A stretch of 64,000 nucleotides of DNA from Octopus sinensis. Lineage: Eukaryota. Location: contig NC_043005.1 in NCBI RefSeq assembly GCF_006345805.1, forward strand, positions 89,528,001-89,592,000, written 5' to 3'. The notes under the pieces were generated by a model, which saw only the letters and a program-made list of their open reading frames with translations, had not been told where the DNA came from and made no database searches. Made by a program: the position numbers and the translations under genes. Below are positions 27,450 through 41,075 of this stretch, in pieces; within the stretch, counting starts at the first letter, position 1; each line of letters opens with the position of its first letter.

Positions 27450-28650
27450 CATTAACGTTCGTCTTGAACAGTTGCAAGTTATCTGCAGGAAAAAAATTGT
27501 AAAGGGAAGGAATTTAAGAGATGTGGTGTTCTAGAGAAGAGGGACTGGGTGTAGTAGTTAGTGCAAAACCTGGGTGGGTTAAGCATTTAGTATGGGTGCT
27601 GAGTAGAGGTGGCATGAAATGGGCCAGCTTTGATGAGCAGAGGCCACTGTAGTAGTGGTAAACAAAACAGAGAGAGAAGACATGGCATATTCATGGGAAG
27701 GAGATTGGAGTGACTCCATGCCAGCCAGTCTTTTGTGAGTTTGTGATCCACTGACAGTGTTTTATGAGGGGCTTGAGTCAAGTGGCTTTTCTTCGAATAC
27801 AGTCTCCCACGTGTGTGTGTGCTGCAGCAGCAGCAACACTGTCCTAGATGTGAGAACAATACTTTGTTATGTGTCTCACTGAAGCTTTGTAAAGAATTTG
27901 TAGTTATTATTGAGGGCGGAAATAATTTCTAGTTCTGAAGAGGAAGGTCAGTCATAGAGATAAAACCTTTGTTATATTGATGTGTGTTTGCCAGCAGAGA
28001 TCTTTAGTAATGGTGAGGACTGTGTTTGAAACACTTGTGAGGGTTCTACTTGGGTGGAGTAGGGGTAAGTTATGACAAGGTTTTCTTTATATCCAGTGAC
28101 TGTTTCTTTTTGCTGTAGAAGGGGGACGCGATTGGTTCTCTGTCTTGAGATCTGTGATCCCGAGTCAGTGAAGGCATTTAGGTTGTGTGTGGATGATGCT
28201 TAAGTGGGCCAAGATTAGGGAGGAATGAAGGATGGTGTCATTTGTATAGGAGTGAGCCCTTTTGGAAGGGATAGCAAGTCAAGGAGAAGGATGAGTGTGG
28301 AGTGCAAAACCAGACTGAGTATGGTACATCAGAGTTGGTTATTGTGGGTGAGAGAGGGCTCTATGCTATGAGAGCGCAGCCTGACAGGAAACCACAAGGG
28401 ATTTGCTTGTGAAAAATGGCCAAAAGCTTTGTTGATGTCCAGGAGGCATTGAAGGAAGGATTTGGCTTTCATCAGATTCCTCGATGGCCTCTTTGAAAAG
28501 TGGTAGAAAGGAGACTTCTATAGAATTGATTGGGACCCTTTTAGCAAGAGACTGTAGTTCAGGAGGTGGGAGAATGTGTGTGCTGTGTAATGTAGTGAGA
28601 TCCATTTATTTAGATGAAGGTTTTGCTGGAGTTGTGGTGCTGGGTAAGAG
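27450..28650 (-). mobile_element. Decayed CR1/L2-group LINE RT and C-terminal region
   Basis: Minus-strand relics in correct order: LDINKAF (~28430), GVPQGSVL-like (~28330), HSYTNDT (YADD-like, ~28245), LYKASVR..KYCSHI (~27870), NSLP...LQLFKTNV-like (~27470-27510). Confidence 0.75.
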
Positions 28651-28897
28651 ATCCCCTGACTGTAGGGGGTTGGGGTGATTTTTCTTCAAGCATTGTTGGT
28701 TGTTTTTGCTTCTGCACATTAACCTACTTGTTGTTACTGCTAATAAAGCATCTGTATGGTGACTATTTCATCATCATTGACAAACATAACTCCATTTCTC
28801 ATGAAGTAACTGATTTGTCTGTCTGTGTGTCTGTCTGTCTATCTATTTATCTACTTACCTACCTACCTACCTACCCAAGCAACACACCCATGAGCAT

Positions 28898-28936
<39 letters not shown>

Positions 28937-29626
28937 ATTTATTTGTAATGTGTGACTACTTTTAGCAATGGACAGGGGCCTACGAGTTTGCGTTATGTTC
29001 TGATGTATAAAATGTATTTTACAATTTTCTCAGTCAGTCTTCTGATAGCTTGTGGTGGGGTTTCTGTAGTTGATTCAGCCAACATAGTTCTGAATTCACC
29101 ATGGGCCAGACACAGCCCATGTGACCTACATCTGGCCTGTAGGCTACATATTGTTCAACACTTTATTGGCATATAATAAAAACTAGTGTAAAACCATTAC
29201 ATAACATTGGATTTAAACAAAATAAGGGAAAAAACAAAAATAGAAGCTCACTTAATGTTTCAATAAATTCTTTCTTCCAAAGTAAATTTGACCATTTAAA
29301 GAGACTCTTGTGTTCTTCAAAATTAAAAACAGCATCTTTTTCTGTTTATTCAGGAAATTATTTACTTCTAAAATAATTTTCGAATTCTATATTGAATTTC
29401 GGCTTCAAAATCATGTTAGACCCATTTGTATGCAGTTTTCTTTCTTTTTTGTTTTGTTTCCACTAATAAACTAGTCTCCTTGATTCACAGAGACTCACTT
29501 AGAAGCATTGTTCTGCCCAGCATTGGCGCTTGATGGATGTTTATAGTAGCACTTATCAGTGGCAGAAATTCTTTACCACTTCTCTCAACCCTGCTCCTCT
29601 CTTCACTAATTACACATACACACACA

Positions 29627-29665
<39 letters not shown>

Positions 29666-30590
29666 TCACTCACTCTCTTTCTCAGTCTGTCTGTCTGTCT
29701 GTATCTCTCTGAAATTATTAACATGTCTTGAGAAGGATTGCTGGTACTTTTATACAAACCATTCCTCTAGATCTGTTGCTTAATCTCTTTTGAGTTTTCC
29801 TTTCTCAATAGTGACTCTGTATGAAGAATGAATTTATGACCTATATGGAGGTAATCTGTTTCTCAGTGAACTGCCTGGATGGAAGTACCCTCTTTGTCAA
29901 TGAATCCAAAGTGCTTGATGAAAGTACCTTGTCTGACAGTGAATTCCTGACCTACACTCTGGTTACCCTCTCAGTCAGTGAATTTGAGGTCTAAATGGAA
30001 ATACTCTATCAATGAAGAGAGAGAGAGAGAGAGATTTCTTTTGTGCTGTGTGTGTTTTATATCTTGTGATGAATTAGAAGAGATTAAGTAGATTTGAGGA
30101 TTGGTGGAATACATTAACTTTTCTAGGCTAACTGTAACAGGAAGCAATTTTGGTGACATGTTGATGTGGGGTGGGGGGTCGGATGTGTTAAATGGTGGCA
30201 GTCTAAAGCAACTGTAATTTTTCTTTTTGCTGTGAATAAATTAGGCAGTACAAACAAATATACACATATTTAGATGCTACGGTTAAACTGTGTGTAGAAT
30301 GAATGTTTTAATTCATGATATTGTTGAAATACTTTAAGCACAATTGATTAAATAGACATTAATATATAATGCTAATGAGAATTAGTTTCAAAAATCCACT
30401 GAAATTATTGCTAATTATGCAGTGAAGCCTCTGTGTGTTATTATTGTAAAAATTATAAAACTTAAATGTTTAGTCAGGTTCACACTGGTTCAGATCAATC
30501 TTAGTTGGAGGCTTTTGATTTTCTCGTTTAAATCTCGAGGTGAATGGTGTAGCAGTCTACCTTAATTTAATTGTCCAATGCTTTTATATT

Positions 30591-30970
30591 CTTTTACTTG
30601 TTTCAGTCATTTGATTGTGGCCATGCTGGAGCACTGCCTTTAGTCGAACAAATTGACCCCAGGACTTATTCTTTATAAGACTAGTACTTATTCTGTCGGT
30701 CTCTTTTGCCGAACTGCTAAGTTACGGGGACGTAAACACACCAGCATCAGTTGTCAAGCGATGGTGGGGAGGACAAACACACATTCACACGTACATACAC
30801 ACACACATGATGGGCTTCTTTCAGTTTCTGTCTATCAAATCCACTCACAAGGCTTTGGTTGACCCGAAGCTGTAGTAGAAGACACTTGCCGAAGGTGCCA
30901 TGCATTGGGACTGAACCTGGAACCATGTGGTTGGTAAACAAGCTACTTACCACACAGTCACTCCTGTGCC
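30591..30970 (-). mobile_element. SINE family A, full length
   Basis: Reverse complement of the family A consensus, head to tail. Confidence 0.88.
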
Positions 30971-31168
30971 TATATTGTTAAAATTATTAATCGGTAAACT
31001 AAGAAACAACGCAATGAGCCCACTCTGGTGCAATGAATGGTAGGGCCAGATGGACATTTTAAAAGCAAACTGTTAGTGTTGCTGTTAAGAAAATCCAGGT
31101 CAGCCGTAACCCAGTAGCCTTATAATTGCAGACATTCCATTGATGACCATCTTACCTTTTATTTACTC

Positions 31169-31357
31169 TTACCGGAGAAACACATAACCAAAGATAAACC
31201 TCTGTACTTGGTTTTTGTTGACATGGAGAAAGCCTTTGACAGGATTTCCTGATCCCTAATTTGGTGGTTAATGTGGAAACTAGGGATAGACCCATGTCAG
31301 CATGAACAATGGATAGACCCATGCCAGCATGGACAATGAATGTTAAATGATGATGAT
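31169..31357 (+). mobile_element. RTE LINE RT fragment fused directly to the family C 3' tail
   Basis: EKHITKDKPLYLVFVDMEKAFDRI..LIWW..KLGI, then CCATGCCAGCATGG...TTAAATGATGATGA tail. Confidence 0.8.
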
Positions 31358-31399
31358 TGTCTGTATAGGACTACAGGACTTATGTGTGTTTGTGTGTGT

Positions 31400-31870
31400 G
31401 TGGTCTGATCCAGATAGTTGCCATAGTAATGAAGCTAAAGCATGCAGAGTGAAGCTGCTTGGTACAAGTTCACCTTGAACTCTGCTGTGCATGTGCACTA
31501 AATTTTAATGTTCTAGCTCACTTCCACTGTTTACAGCAGTGCTTGGAAGGAACATGTGTAGTGTGTGATCATTGCATTAACCACAACAGAGAAAGTTGAG
31601 CTGAGAATCTGCATCAAATTTTGTGAAAAGCTTGGTGATACCTGTTCAGAGGCCTACACAAAGTTGTAGTAAGTGTATGGAGAGGAGTATACGAGCTGCA
31701 CACAAGTGTATGAGTGGTTCAAACGTTTCCAAGGTGGCCAAAAAAATGTTGATAGTGATGAATGTTCTGGAAGACTAACCAGTGGAATTGGTGCAGCTGT
31801 GATGAGAAATCATCAAATCACCATCTGTGAGTTATCAGAGGATGTGCAGATTAGTTACAGTTCAGTTCAG
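31400..31870 (+). mobile_element. Degenerate mariner 5' fragment (different family)
   Basis: Translates as VELRICIKFCEKLG...YGEE..SCTQVYEWFKRFQGG..NVDSDECSGR..ITICELSE, a mariner N-terminal HTH region, with stops. Confidence 0.8.
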
Positions 31871-32019
31871 TTCAGAGCCAACCAAAGCTTTGTGATTGAA
31901 TTTGGTAGGCGCAAGTTACTGCCTTGTGTGTATATGTGCTCGTGCCTCTCTGAGACAGAGAGAGTGGATGATGATGATGATATATATATATGCTATATAA
32001 TCCAAAGGGGTTTTCTTAT

Positions 32020-32480
32020 GATGGTAGGATGTAATTTGAGGGAGACTTGACTGTCATTGCTAGTGACTACATTGAGGTTCCTATATTGGCATGAAACAAC
32101 TATTTTCCATCTCTCTGGAAGCAAGGAGCATGAATGAAATTTGGCCATTGTCCTTATAAAACACTTGAAGATGAGGAAGTCAATGGAGAAAATCTGCAAT
32201 CAGTTGGCTCTTTAAGAGTAGAACTTCAAAAGATGTATTGTTAAATATTTGTTGTGAAGATGAAGGGGGAAATTTATGAAGTGTTGGGAGGTAGGGTTGT
32301 GATATACAGTTTTTAAAGGGACTTGGAAGGTAATTATGGAGATGAAGCAAGAATGGTAATGGCTTTTTAATAGAGATGAAGATTTGGAACAATTTTCCAG
32401 TGGCTTTTATTACAGCTAGTTTAGTGGACCCCAGTGTCTGACCCAAGCTCTCGTTTGAAATGTTACTCTCCTCTGTTGGT
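32020..32480 (-). mobile_element. Possible highly decayed LINE ORF2 fragment
   Basis: LLPERWKIVV resembles the PxxWKxAxV motif preceding RT; otherwise degenerate. Confidence 0.35.
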
Positions 32481-32691
32481 ATGCAAACTGCTTCTCCCTT
32501 TTATCTTTTTTTACTCATTTCACTCATTAGCTGGTGGCCATGCTGGGGCACTGCTATGAAGAATTTTAGTCAATTGTATCAACCCCAATACGTTTTTATG
32601 TCTGGTACTTATTCTATCAGTGCCTTTTGCTGAACTGCGAAGTCATGCAGGTGTAAACACACCAACACCGGTTGTCAAGTGGTGGTGGGGG

Positions 32692-33218
32692 TGAAGCTGC
32701 ATGGTAGTGCTGTGAAGAACATGCGAAGGCTGGAGAGGAACAAAGCTGGTGTGTTCTGCTGGATGTGCAATGTGCATGTGTGACAGTATTGGTGTATTGA
32801 GCATCAGAGGAATTGTATGCAGTGAGGGGACTGTGTTGGTTTGGTCATGTGATGTGGATGGATGGGGACAGTTGCATAAAGAAGTGCCAATCATTTACAG
32901 TGGGCGGGGGGCGATGTTGTGGAAGAGGGAGACCCAGGAAGACTTGAGACAAAGTATTAAGGGCCGATCTCAAACCGCTGAACCTTACAAAGGAGATGAC
33001 AGGACCAAAATATGTGGTGCATTGCTGTGTTCAAGAAGACCTGCCCACCACAACAGAATTGAGATCCTAAAACCAAGGTGCCATGTAAAAAGTACCCAGT
33101 GCACTCTGTAAAGTGGTTAACATTAGGAAGAACATCCAGCCATAGAAACTAAACCAAAATATACTATCGAACCGTCCAACCCATGCCAGCATGGAAAACA
33201 GACATTAAATGTTGTTGA
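32692..33218 (+). mobile_element. 5'-truncated RTE LINE (ORF C-terminus + family C 3' UTR) nested in a minus-strand SINE A
   Basis: Relics LHGS, WMCNV, WFGHV, GRGRPRKT-like, followed by the family C tail; SINE A halves at ~32510-32690 and ~33222-33395. Confidence 0.8.
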
Positions 33219-34499
33219 GGAGGAGAACACATAGATACATACATATATACGATGAACTTCTTTCAGTTTCCCCATACCAGATACACTCACAAGGTTCTGA
33301 TTGGCCCAGGGCTATAATAGAAGACAATTGCCCAAAGTGCTATGCAACTGGATTGAACCTGGTTGGGAACAAAACTTTTGACCACAGCCATGTCTTTTAG
33401 CTGATATATGGCAAGAGAGACCCTAGTTATCTAACCAGCTTCAGGAGTTATAATTTAAAAATGAGTTTGTGGTAACAATGTCACTACAGTTTCTATTGAC
33501 CGAAGTGTATCTAGGAGTTACTCTCAGGGACTACAATTTCACTGCCTGTCAAAAAGTTTATTGTCTAATGATAATATGGTCCTCCGAAGTTGGAAGAGAG
33601 AAAAAGTATGAAAATTTTGAAACTGTTTTTGTTGTGAGTGATACTGCTATTGATTTGTGAGGAGAGCAAATGTCTGTTTCCTAAGATGAGTAATTGAATA
33701 TATTGTGACTGTTGGTTCACCTGATTATCCTCCCCAGCTGTCAACATAGCTTCTTGCGTATCAATTAGTCCTGCTCAGTGTCTGACGTAAGAGGGAGTCC
33801 CACGTCTTTCACTGTCATCACACCAGGAATCTTGTGAAAGACTTCTCATAAAGTGATGTCAAGTGCTTCAGAGTAGAATATGAGTAAAACAAATATTCAC
33901 TGACTGAAATTCTATCCCTTTCGAAGTGGAGTCATGTCAGGGCTGTTTTATTTTGTATTATTTTACAGTTTAAGACTGAATTTAAAAAATAAGTCCAACA
34001 TATTCTAAATGTTTTGTTTCTTAGTTTTTAGGAGTGTTAGCCTCATTCCCTTTTGTCATAAAAACCCACAAACAAAACACTTCAACTTCTACCATCAACA
34101 ACAATTGTCTTCATTTGGATACAGTCATTCACTGTAAATAATCCTAATATAACACAGTGTTTATATTCAGTGTGTCCTACAATTAATTATTTCAGTGAAA
34201 TTGGGCAAATTTTAAAAAAAAGGCAAAAAAAAAAAAAAACCGACAGAATTTTCAGTTTATGATACCGAAACAAATAGATTTATAAATCTTATCTCAAAAC
34301 TTTATTGAACATTTTCAACATGTGCTCTGCCTGTATCTCCACAAATTTTTAATCTATCCCGTAGCATTGTGAAACACATTTTGAAGGATTTCAAGAGTTC
34401 TCTCCTGCACTGCTAACTGAATATGTTAAGTTCAGCTAAATTATTGCTTCATCCTGGAGATGGCGGTAGGGAAAATGATTGCAGCCCAATTGAAAAAAA

Positions 34500-34845
34500 A
34501 AAGCTCTCTTTGCAACCACATGGTTTCTGGTTCAATCCCATGACATGGCACCTTGGACAAGTGTCTTCTATTATAGCCTCTGGCCAACCAAAGCCTTTTG
34601 AGTGAATATGGTCAATAAAAACTGTGTGGAAGCTTGTCATTTATTTGTGCGTGCCTTTGTACCTGTGTTTGCCAACTGCTTCATAACCAGTGTTTGTTTG
34701 TTTACATCCTCCTTAACTTAATGATTTGGCAACAGAGACTGATAAAGTAAGTACTGGGGTTGATGTGTTCAGCTAAAGCCCTTCAAGGTGGTGCTCCAGC
34801 ATGGCTGCAATCTGATGACTGAAACAAGTGGAAGATAGAAGATAT
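34500..34845 (+). mobile_element. SINE family A (other partial/diverged copies at ~6075-6280, 7370-7502, 11420-11577, 39261-39610, 43635-43995, 48217-48530, 51005-51185, 61540-61760)
   Basis: Shared motifs ccacatggtt, accttgg(g/a)caagtgtcttcta, accaaagcctt, aagtact and ccagcatggc. Confidence 0.8.
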
Positions 34846-35486
34846 GACTCACTCAGAACCTCCTGAATTTCTCAGAAGTAAACTATTAACCAGGCCACTT
34901 TGCTGTGGATCATATCAAGTCTCCTACCACCGCCACCACTACCTCCACCACCACTTCCCAACACACACAACATAAATGGGTGATAGATTTGGAGTGCACT
35001 CGTCTACTGTTTATTTATGAACATGAAACAAATAACTCTAATCCTACCGCCTCTCTTAATATTTCTGTACTTAAGAGAAATAAGCAGCTTGGAATGAATT
35101 CCACACTCTTGGCATTTTGATTGTTATGATTATTAATTATGAGTAATTTAGTGTTGAAGCTGGGGAAGATATTAGCAAGAGGCTCTCAACAGAAAATCTC
35201 TAGTTTTTCTGATGTTAATAGAACTGGAGAGGCTAATGGTCATGTTGTTTCATTTTAAGCTACTTTAGTCCGAGCTAAAACTTTCAAGTGAAATGACAGC
35301 CAATGGGTCTGCAGTTTATTAACAACTGCAAAGGGCAGGTGTGGTCGCAGGGTTAAGTAACTTGCTTCGCAATCACATGGTTTCTAGTTCAGTACTTATG
35401 TGACTAGATTTTATTAGCAGAAAATGAGAGAAGTTTGTCGTGCGTGTGAGTGTTTCGATCTTTTTCCAAGTACTGTTGAGCTACAG

Positions 35487-35862
35487 GGTGGCGAGCTGGC
35501 AGAAATGTTAGCACGCCGGGCGGAATGCGTAGCCGTCGACTTTGCCTTTCATCCTTTCGGGGTCGATAAATTAAGTACCATTTGCATACTGGGGTCAATC
35601 TAATCGACTTAATCCATTTGTCTGTCCTTGTTTGTCCTCTCTGTGTTTAGCCCCTTGTGGGTAGTAAAGAAATGGGTATTTCGTCTGCCATTACGTTCTG
35701 AGTTTAAATTCTACTGAGGTCGACTTTGCCTTTCATCCTTTCGGGGTCGATAAATTAAGTACCAGTTACACACTGGGGGTCAGTGTAATCGACTTAATCC
35801 ATTTGTCTGTCCTTGTCTGTCCTCTCTGCGTTTAGCCCCTTGTGGGTAGTAAAGAAATAGGT
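35487..35862 (+). mobile_element. Dimeric SINE B variant with a different 3' tail
   Basis: Family B head and core, but tail gccccttgtgggtagtaaagaaat; core+tail present twice (~35535-35675, ~35719-35860). Confidence 0.8.
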
Positions 35863-38800
35863 AACTGTATTGCAGTTTCTCATGCCAGTGCCGTCTGACT
35901 GACATCCGTACCGGTGACACATAAAGAGCACCATTTGAGCGTTGGGCCTTAAGGAGGCAGTGGCAGGTGACCAAAACCTTTGGCGATATACCATGATTGT
36001 GTCGATCTGTGAGATCGTAGTTGTGGCTGATGCTGGTGTCAAGTCATTGGCATCCGTTCCAGTGTCACTTAAAAGACACCCGCCACACTCTTGGAATGGT
36101 TGGCATTAGGAAGGGCATCCAGCCATAGAAATGTTGCCAAATCAGATCAGAACCTGGTGCAGACCCACCCCGCCCTCGGCTTATCAGTTTTCAGTCAATC
36201 CATCCAAGCCATGCCAGCATGGACAACGGACATTAAATGATGATCTGTGTACTCTTGTACAGAATCTGGTCTGTATTTGTTGAATGACTTAAATCAGCTG
36301 AAAGACACTTTGTTTCAAGTAATTTTGAAAATAACGAAGAATTTAATAAAATGACCATCATTATTAAGCTGGAGTTTGGAACATAGCGTGAAATTAGGAA
36401 ATTTTGATAGGTTTTAATTTATATATATATATCGGTCCTACATTGATTGAGATATATGTATGTATGTGTGTGTGTGGCCACATCTGGTCAAAATGTTCCA
36501 CCTATTTTATGTTTCAAACAAGCTAGATTTGGCCTCTCGCACCTATCCTACAATGTCATTCTAAAAGTAAACAATTGGATCATAGAAATCTCAGAGCTAT
36601 GAGATAATCCATGATTAATTCAAAGTGATATGAATAAATACGCATCACATTCGACAGAATAATCTGAATGCTAAAGGGTTAATAAAGGTCTGTATGTGGT
36701 TGATCAATCTGCTAGATATAGCAGCCACATTACACTCACATCACACCAAAACCATCTTAAAGAATATTGGACAGTTTTAGATCAGCCCTTGAAATGATGG
36801 TCACGACTGGAATGCCTTTGATCAAAAGACTGCTTAATCAGGATTGACTTAGGGCTAAACTAAACCAACCTTTTGGTCTCTAAAATTAAACACCATTAAT
36901 ATACTTGTGACTTTACCATTCTCCAACAGAAAAATGGCCTCTTGTGTGCTTATGTGAGAAGAGAAACCTGTTTAAGGCTGACATCTTAACTGTAGGTTTA
37001 TATCATATCTTGCTGTTCAGGTAAATTGATAGCAGCAATGTACCTGAGCCAAAGCCAGTGTATTTAAAAATACCATATTGATACTAGTTCAAGAACCACC
37101 ACCACATGCTTTCCTCTTAGAAGTTGGTCTCCTTTGATTCTGTGTACTTTTGCAAATTCTAACTCCTGTGTGTGTGTGTGAAACAGAAACCTCTTGTCAC
37201 CTTGTTCTTTTTTTGTTTTTGTTGGTGTTTTTTGGTGCTACCATCAAAGGCTTCATCTTTATGCAGTGTGTCAGTGCCAAGTTTGGCACATCTTGGTGCC
37301 ATTCCACTCACATTGACTGTGACCAAAACCACCACCCATTTTCTCTGCTATCCACCACCACCACCACCACCTTCTCATGTTTCTCCTTCTTCCCTTACTC
37401 ATTCTTGATCTCTATCCTCCTCCGTGTCCCCCTCACTCTCTCTTTGATATTCCCTCTTCTATATCTGTATCTCCTCCTCCTCCTATCATGTTACATGTAC
37501 TCTACTAAGTCCACCAACAATCACCATGTCACTCTCTATCATCTCCATTCTCTCTCTCTCAGCCGCTTCTCTCTGCTCACACACACACACACAGGTGGGT
37601 TAACAAGGCTACCATTAGTTTCATGCTGAGAGAAATCTTTCAGCAATTACCAAGCCTGCTACATGGAATGTTGGTCCCCATCCCTGTCTTGGATGAAATA
37701 ACAACTTCCCTCACATAAATACACAATATTTGCATGTGGTGTGTGTGTGTGTGTGTGTGATATATATACACACATACACATCACCTTGGTACTTTTCTAC
37801 TCCTTGTTCTAGTCCTAACCAGAGTGATAGGAAGAGGATGCTAAAGGAGAAAGGGTGATAGTCTGCTACAGGATGGTTACTGTTAAATTGAATAGCAGCC
37901 AAAAGAGTTTTCCTGGGGTTAAGACAACTTGTCCAGTGTTGCTGCTGTGATAAAATCCACCCAGTCCACTCTGTAAAGTGGTTGGTATTAGGAAGCGGGG
38001 CATCCAGAAACAGTGTACTCGGAGTTTACCATGATTCTGAACAACTTTATTGCTTATGTTCTCTCTCCCTTGTGGTCGTACCTATATATAGTATGTATAT
38101 TGTCATCATTTAATGTCTGCTTTCCATGCTGGCATGGGTTGGATGGTTTGACTGAGGACTGGCAAGCCAGAAGGCTGCACTAGGCTCTAATCTGATCTGG
38201 CAAAGTTTCTACAGCTGGATGCCCTTCCTAATGCCAACCACTCTGAGAATATAGTAGGTGCTTTTTACGTGTGTGTATATATATGTTTGTGTATATTGTC
38301 TGTATGATTTATTCATTTTTGCCTGTTTTTCCTTGCCAGTATGGTTTACATAAATACTTATTATTGTGGCTTTCTCTTACAGCCAGATGCTCTTCCTGTC
38401 ACTAACCCTTACCGACCTGCTTTTCAGTCAAGGGATTTTAATTTCACACTTTGAAAGTGCAGAGAAATTAGATGACCTATTGATAGGGAATTGACTAAAA
38501 ATTCCTCAAGATGGTGCCCCAGCATGGCTGTAGTCAAATGATGAAACAAAATAAAATAATAATTTTAAAAAACCCCAATAATTGCAGGGGTTGCTTAGAT
38601 GTACAGTCCATCAGTCTTCTGTCTCTCCCACTCTGGTTGTTTCCTGTGTACAGTTTGTTGTTCTCAGGTCAGCTGTGACCACATCTTTATAGGTCATCCT
38701 TGATCTACCTCTTAATTATGGACCATATTCAGTCTCAATTTCAAGATACTTTTTCTCTGGCCACACTCTATTGCACTAAAACTTCAGTGTCACTTTGCTA

Positions 38801-39692
38801 ATTTCTGTGATGTTGTGAGTCAGCCATGTTTATCATTGACACCGGGATTGCAGAAGTTTCCTTTCAACTTTCAGGTTCTTTGCCACCCTCTTACTTTTCT
38901 CTCTCTCTTCTTCTGCACTCTCAGACAGAGGGCAAGCCCTCACTTTAAATTCTACACTCTTCACATTTGAACTTAGTCATACCCAGTCTGGGACGACTGT
39001 TGCTGACTCATGAGTTTTCTTAGATTTTAGACTTATTTTTAAGTGCGCGCATGCACACACACATACACGCACACACACAGTTTTTTTTTTTTAATATTGG
39101 ATCTTAAAGTACATCACAAAGCTATGTATTCTGTGATGTACTTCATTCCCCTAAGATAATTTCACATTCTCATAAGTTTATAAAATTCTTATGTCAACAA
39201 TATATATATATATATATATATGTGTGTATACATATATATGTGTATATAATTTGTATTGTAAGGTGCAGGTGTGGCTGTGTCATAAGTAGCTTGCTTTCCA
39301 ACACATGGTTCTGGGTTCAGTCCCATTGTGTGGTACTTTGGGCAAGTGTCTTCTATTATAGCCTCTGGCCGACCAAAGCCTTGTGAGTGGGAATGGTATA
39401 TATATATATGTATATGTATGTATGTATGTGTGTGTGTGTGTCTGTGTTTATCACCCACCACCAATTGGTAACTGGTGTTGGTTTGTTTATGTCCCCATAC
39501 CTTATCTTATTTGTTACATTAGACCTTCTTGAAGAATTTTTGCTGAACAAATCAACTCCAGTACTTTTTGTTAAGCCTGGCAATTATTCTATTCGTCTCT
39601 TTGTTGAAAGGCTAAGGTTTGAATGAAATTTTCCATTGTGTTTCAATACTCATTTATACACATGCATGTATGTATATATATATATATATATA

Positions 39693-40851
39693 TCATCCTC
39701 ATTTAACGTCCGCTTTCCATGGTAGCATGGGTTGGACGGTTCAACTGGAGTCTGGGGAGCCCGAAGGCTGCACCAGGCCAGTCAGATCTGGCAGTGTTTC
39801 TACAGCTGGATGCCCTTCCTAACGCCAACCACTCCGAGAGTGTAGTGGGTGATTTTATGTGCCACCGACACAGGTGCCAGACGAGGCTGGCGAACGGCCA
39901 CGCTCGGATGGTGTTTTTTGCTTGTTACGTGCCCACAGCACGGAGGCCAGTCGATGCGGTACTGGCTACGGCCACGTTCGGATGGTTTTCTTGTGTGCCA
40001 CCGGCACTGGTACCACAAAGATACAAATTCCATTGATGTTCATCTATTTTGATTTGGTTTGATTTTCACTTGCCTCAACAGGTCTTCACAACTGTCACAC
40101 ACTTGCCTCAACAGGTCTTCACAAGTGTCACATACTTGCCTCAACAGGTCTTCACAAGTGTCATAAGAAGGAAGGTATGCACAGGTGGACTGACTACGTC
40201 CCAGGTAGGGGCCACGGGTTATGGCCTGACTAGTCTTGCCGGGTCTTTGGATGGTGTTTTTATGTGCCACCAACACAGGTGCCAGATGAGGCTGGCGAAC
40301 GGCCACGATCGGATGGTGTTTGTTACGTGCCCACAGCACGGAGGCCAGTCGATGTGGTACTGGCTACCGCCATGTTCGGATGGTTTTCTTGTGTGCCACC
40401 GGCATTGGTACCACAAAGATACAAATTCCATTGATGTTCATCTATTTTGATTTGTTTTGATTTGATTTGATTATGATTATTATTATTATTATTATTATTA
40501 ATTATCACTTGCCTCAACAGGCCTTCACAAGTGTCATTTGATTTGATTAGCACTTGCCTCAACAGGTCTTCACAAGTGTCATAAGAAGGAAGGTATGCAC
40601 AGGTGGACTGACTACGTCCCAGGAAAGGGCCACGGGCTATGGTCTGACTAGTCTTGCCGGGTCTTCGGACAGGTGCCAGATGAGGCTGGCGAACGGCCAC
40701 GATCGGATGGCGTTTGTTATGTGCCCACAGCACGGAGGCCAGTCGATGCGGTACTGGCTACAGCCACGTTCGGATGGTTTTCTTGTGTGCCACCGGCACT
40801 GGTACCACAGAGATACAGATTCCATTGATGTTCATCTATTTTGATTTGTTT

Positions 40852-40855
<4 letters not shown>
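39693..40855 (-). mobile_element. Young family C/RTE 3' end with triplicated UTR segment
   Basis: Three near-identical ~185-bp units starting ~39869, ~40276, ~40669, plus 33-bp subrepeats cacttgcctcaacaggtcttcacaagtgtcata. Confidence 0.85.
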
Positions 40856-40882
<27 letters not shown>

Positions 40883-40887
<5 letters not shown>

Positions 40888-41075
40888 GGAAAGTTTACAA
40901 AAATAAACAAAAGACGAAGGCAGGTGGTGTACAAACAAACAGATGTATTAGTATAGCGCTCAGGAATAGAAAAAGTCTTTTACGTTTTGAGCCTATGCTC
41001 TTCTATAGAAAGATACACAGAAAAAAACAAGGAGAGAAAAAAAATGTGTGTAGTACCTAACGATCTATCATGGCG
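40883..41075 (-). mobile_element. Inverted sister copy of the 42284-42436 repeat
   Basis: Reverse complement reads ttttctctcc...ctttctatagaagagcataggctcaaaacgtaaaagac...ctaatacatctgtt...ttcgtcttttg. Confidence 0.7.

Noticed and set aside
37150-37629. 159-aa ORF and similar long low-complexity ORFs (e.g. 24385-24726, 15297-15704)
   Set aside because: Products of CT/CA/TA microsatellites or antisense TE sequence; no domain motifs.
39107-39143. 12-bp perfect inverted repeat (also the C12-GGT-G10 tract at ~25831 and a 19-bp doublet at ~5547)
   Set aside because: Short, and expected by chance or slippage in this sequence.
40066-40165. 33-bp direct repeats as a CRISPR array or hammerhead (minus-strand CTGTTGAG..GAAA)
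   Set aside because: No unique spacers, eukaryotic context, no cas genes; no stem II or stem I for a hammerhead.
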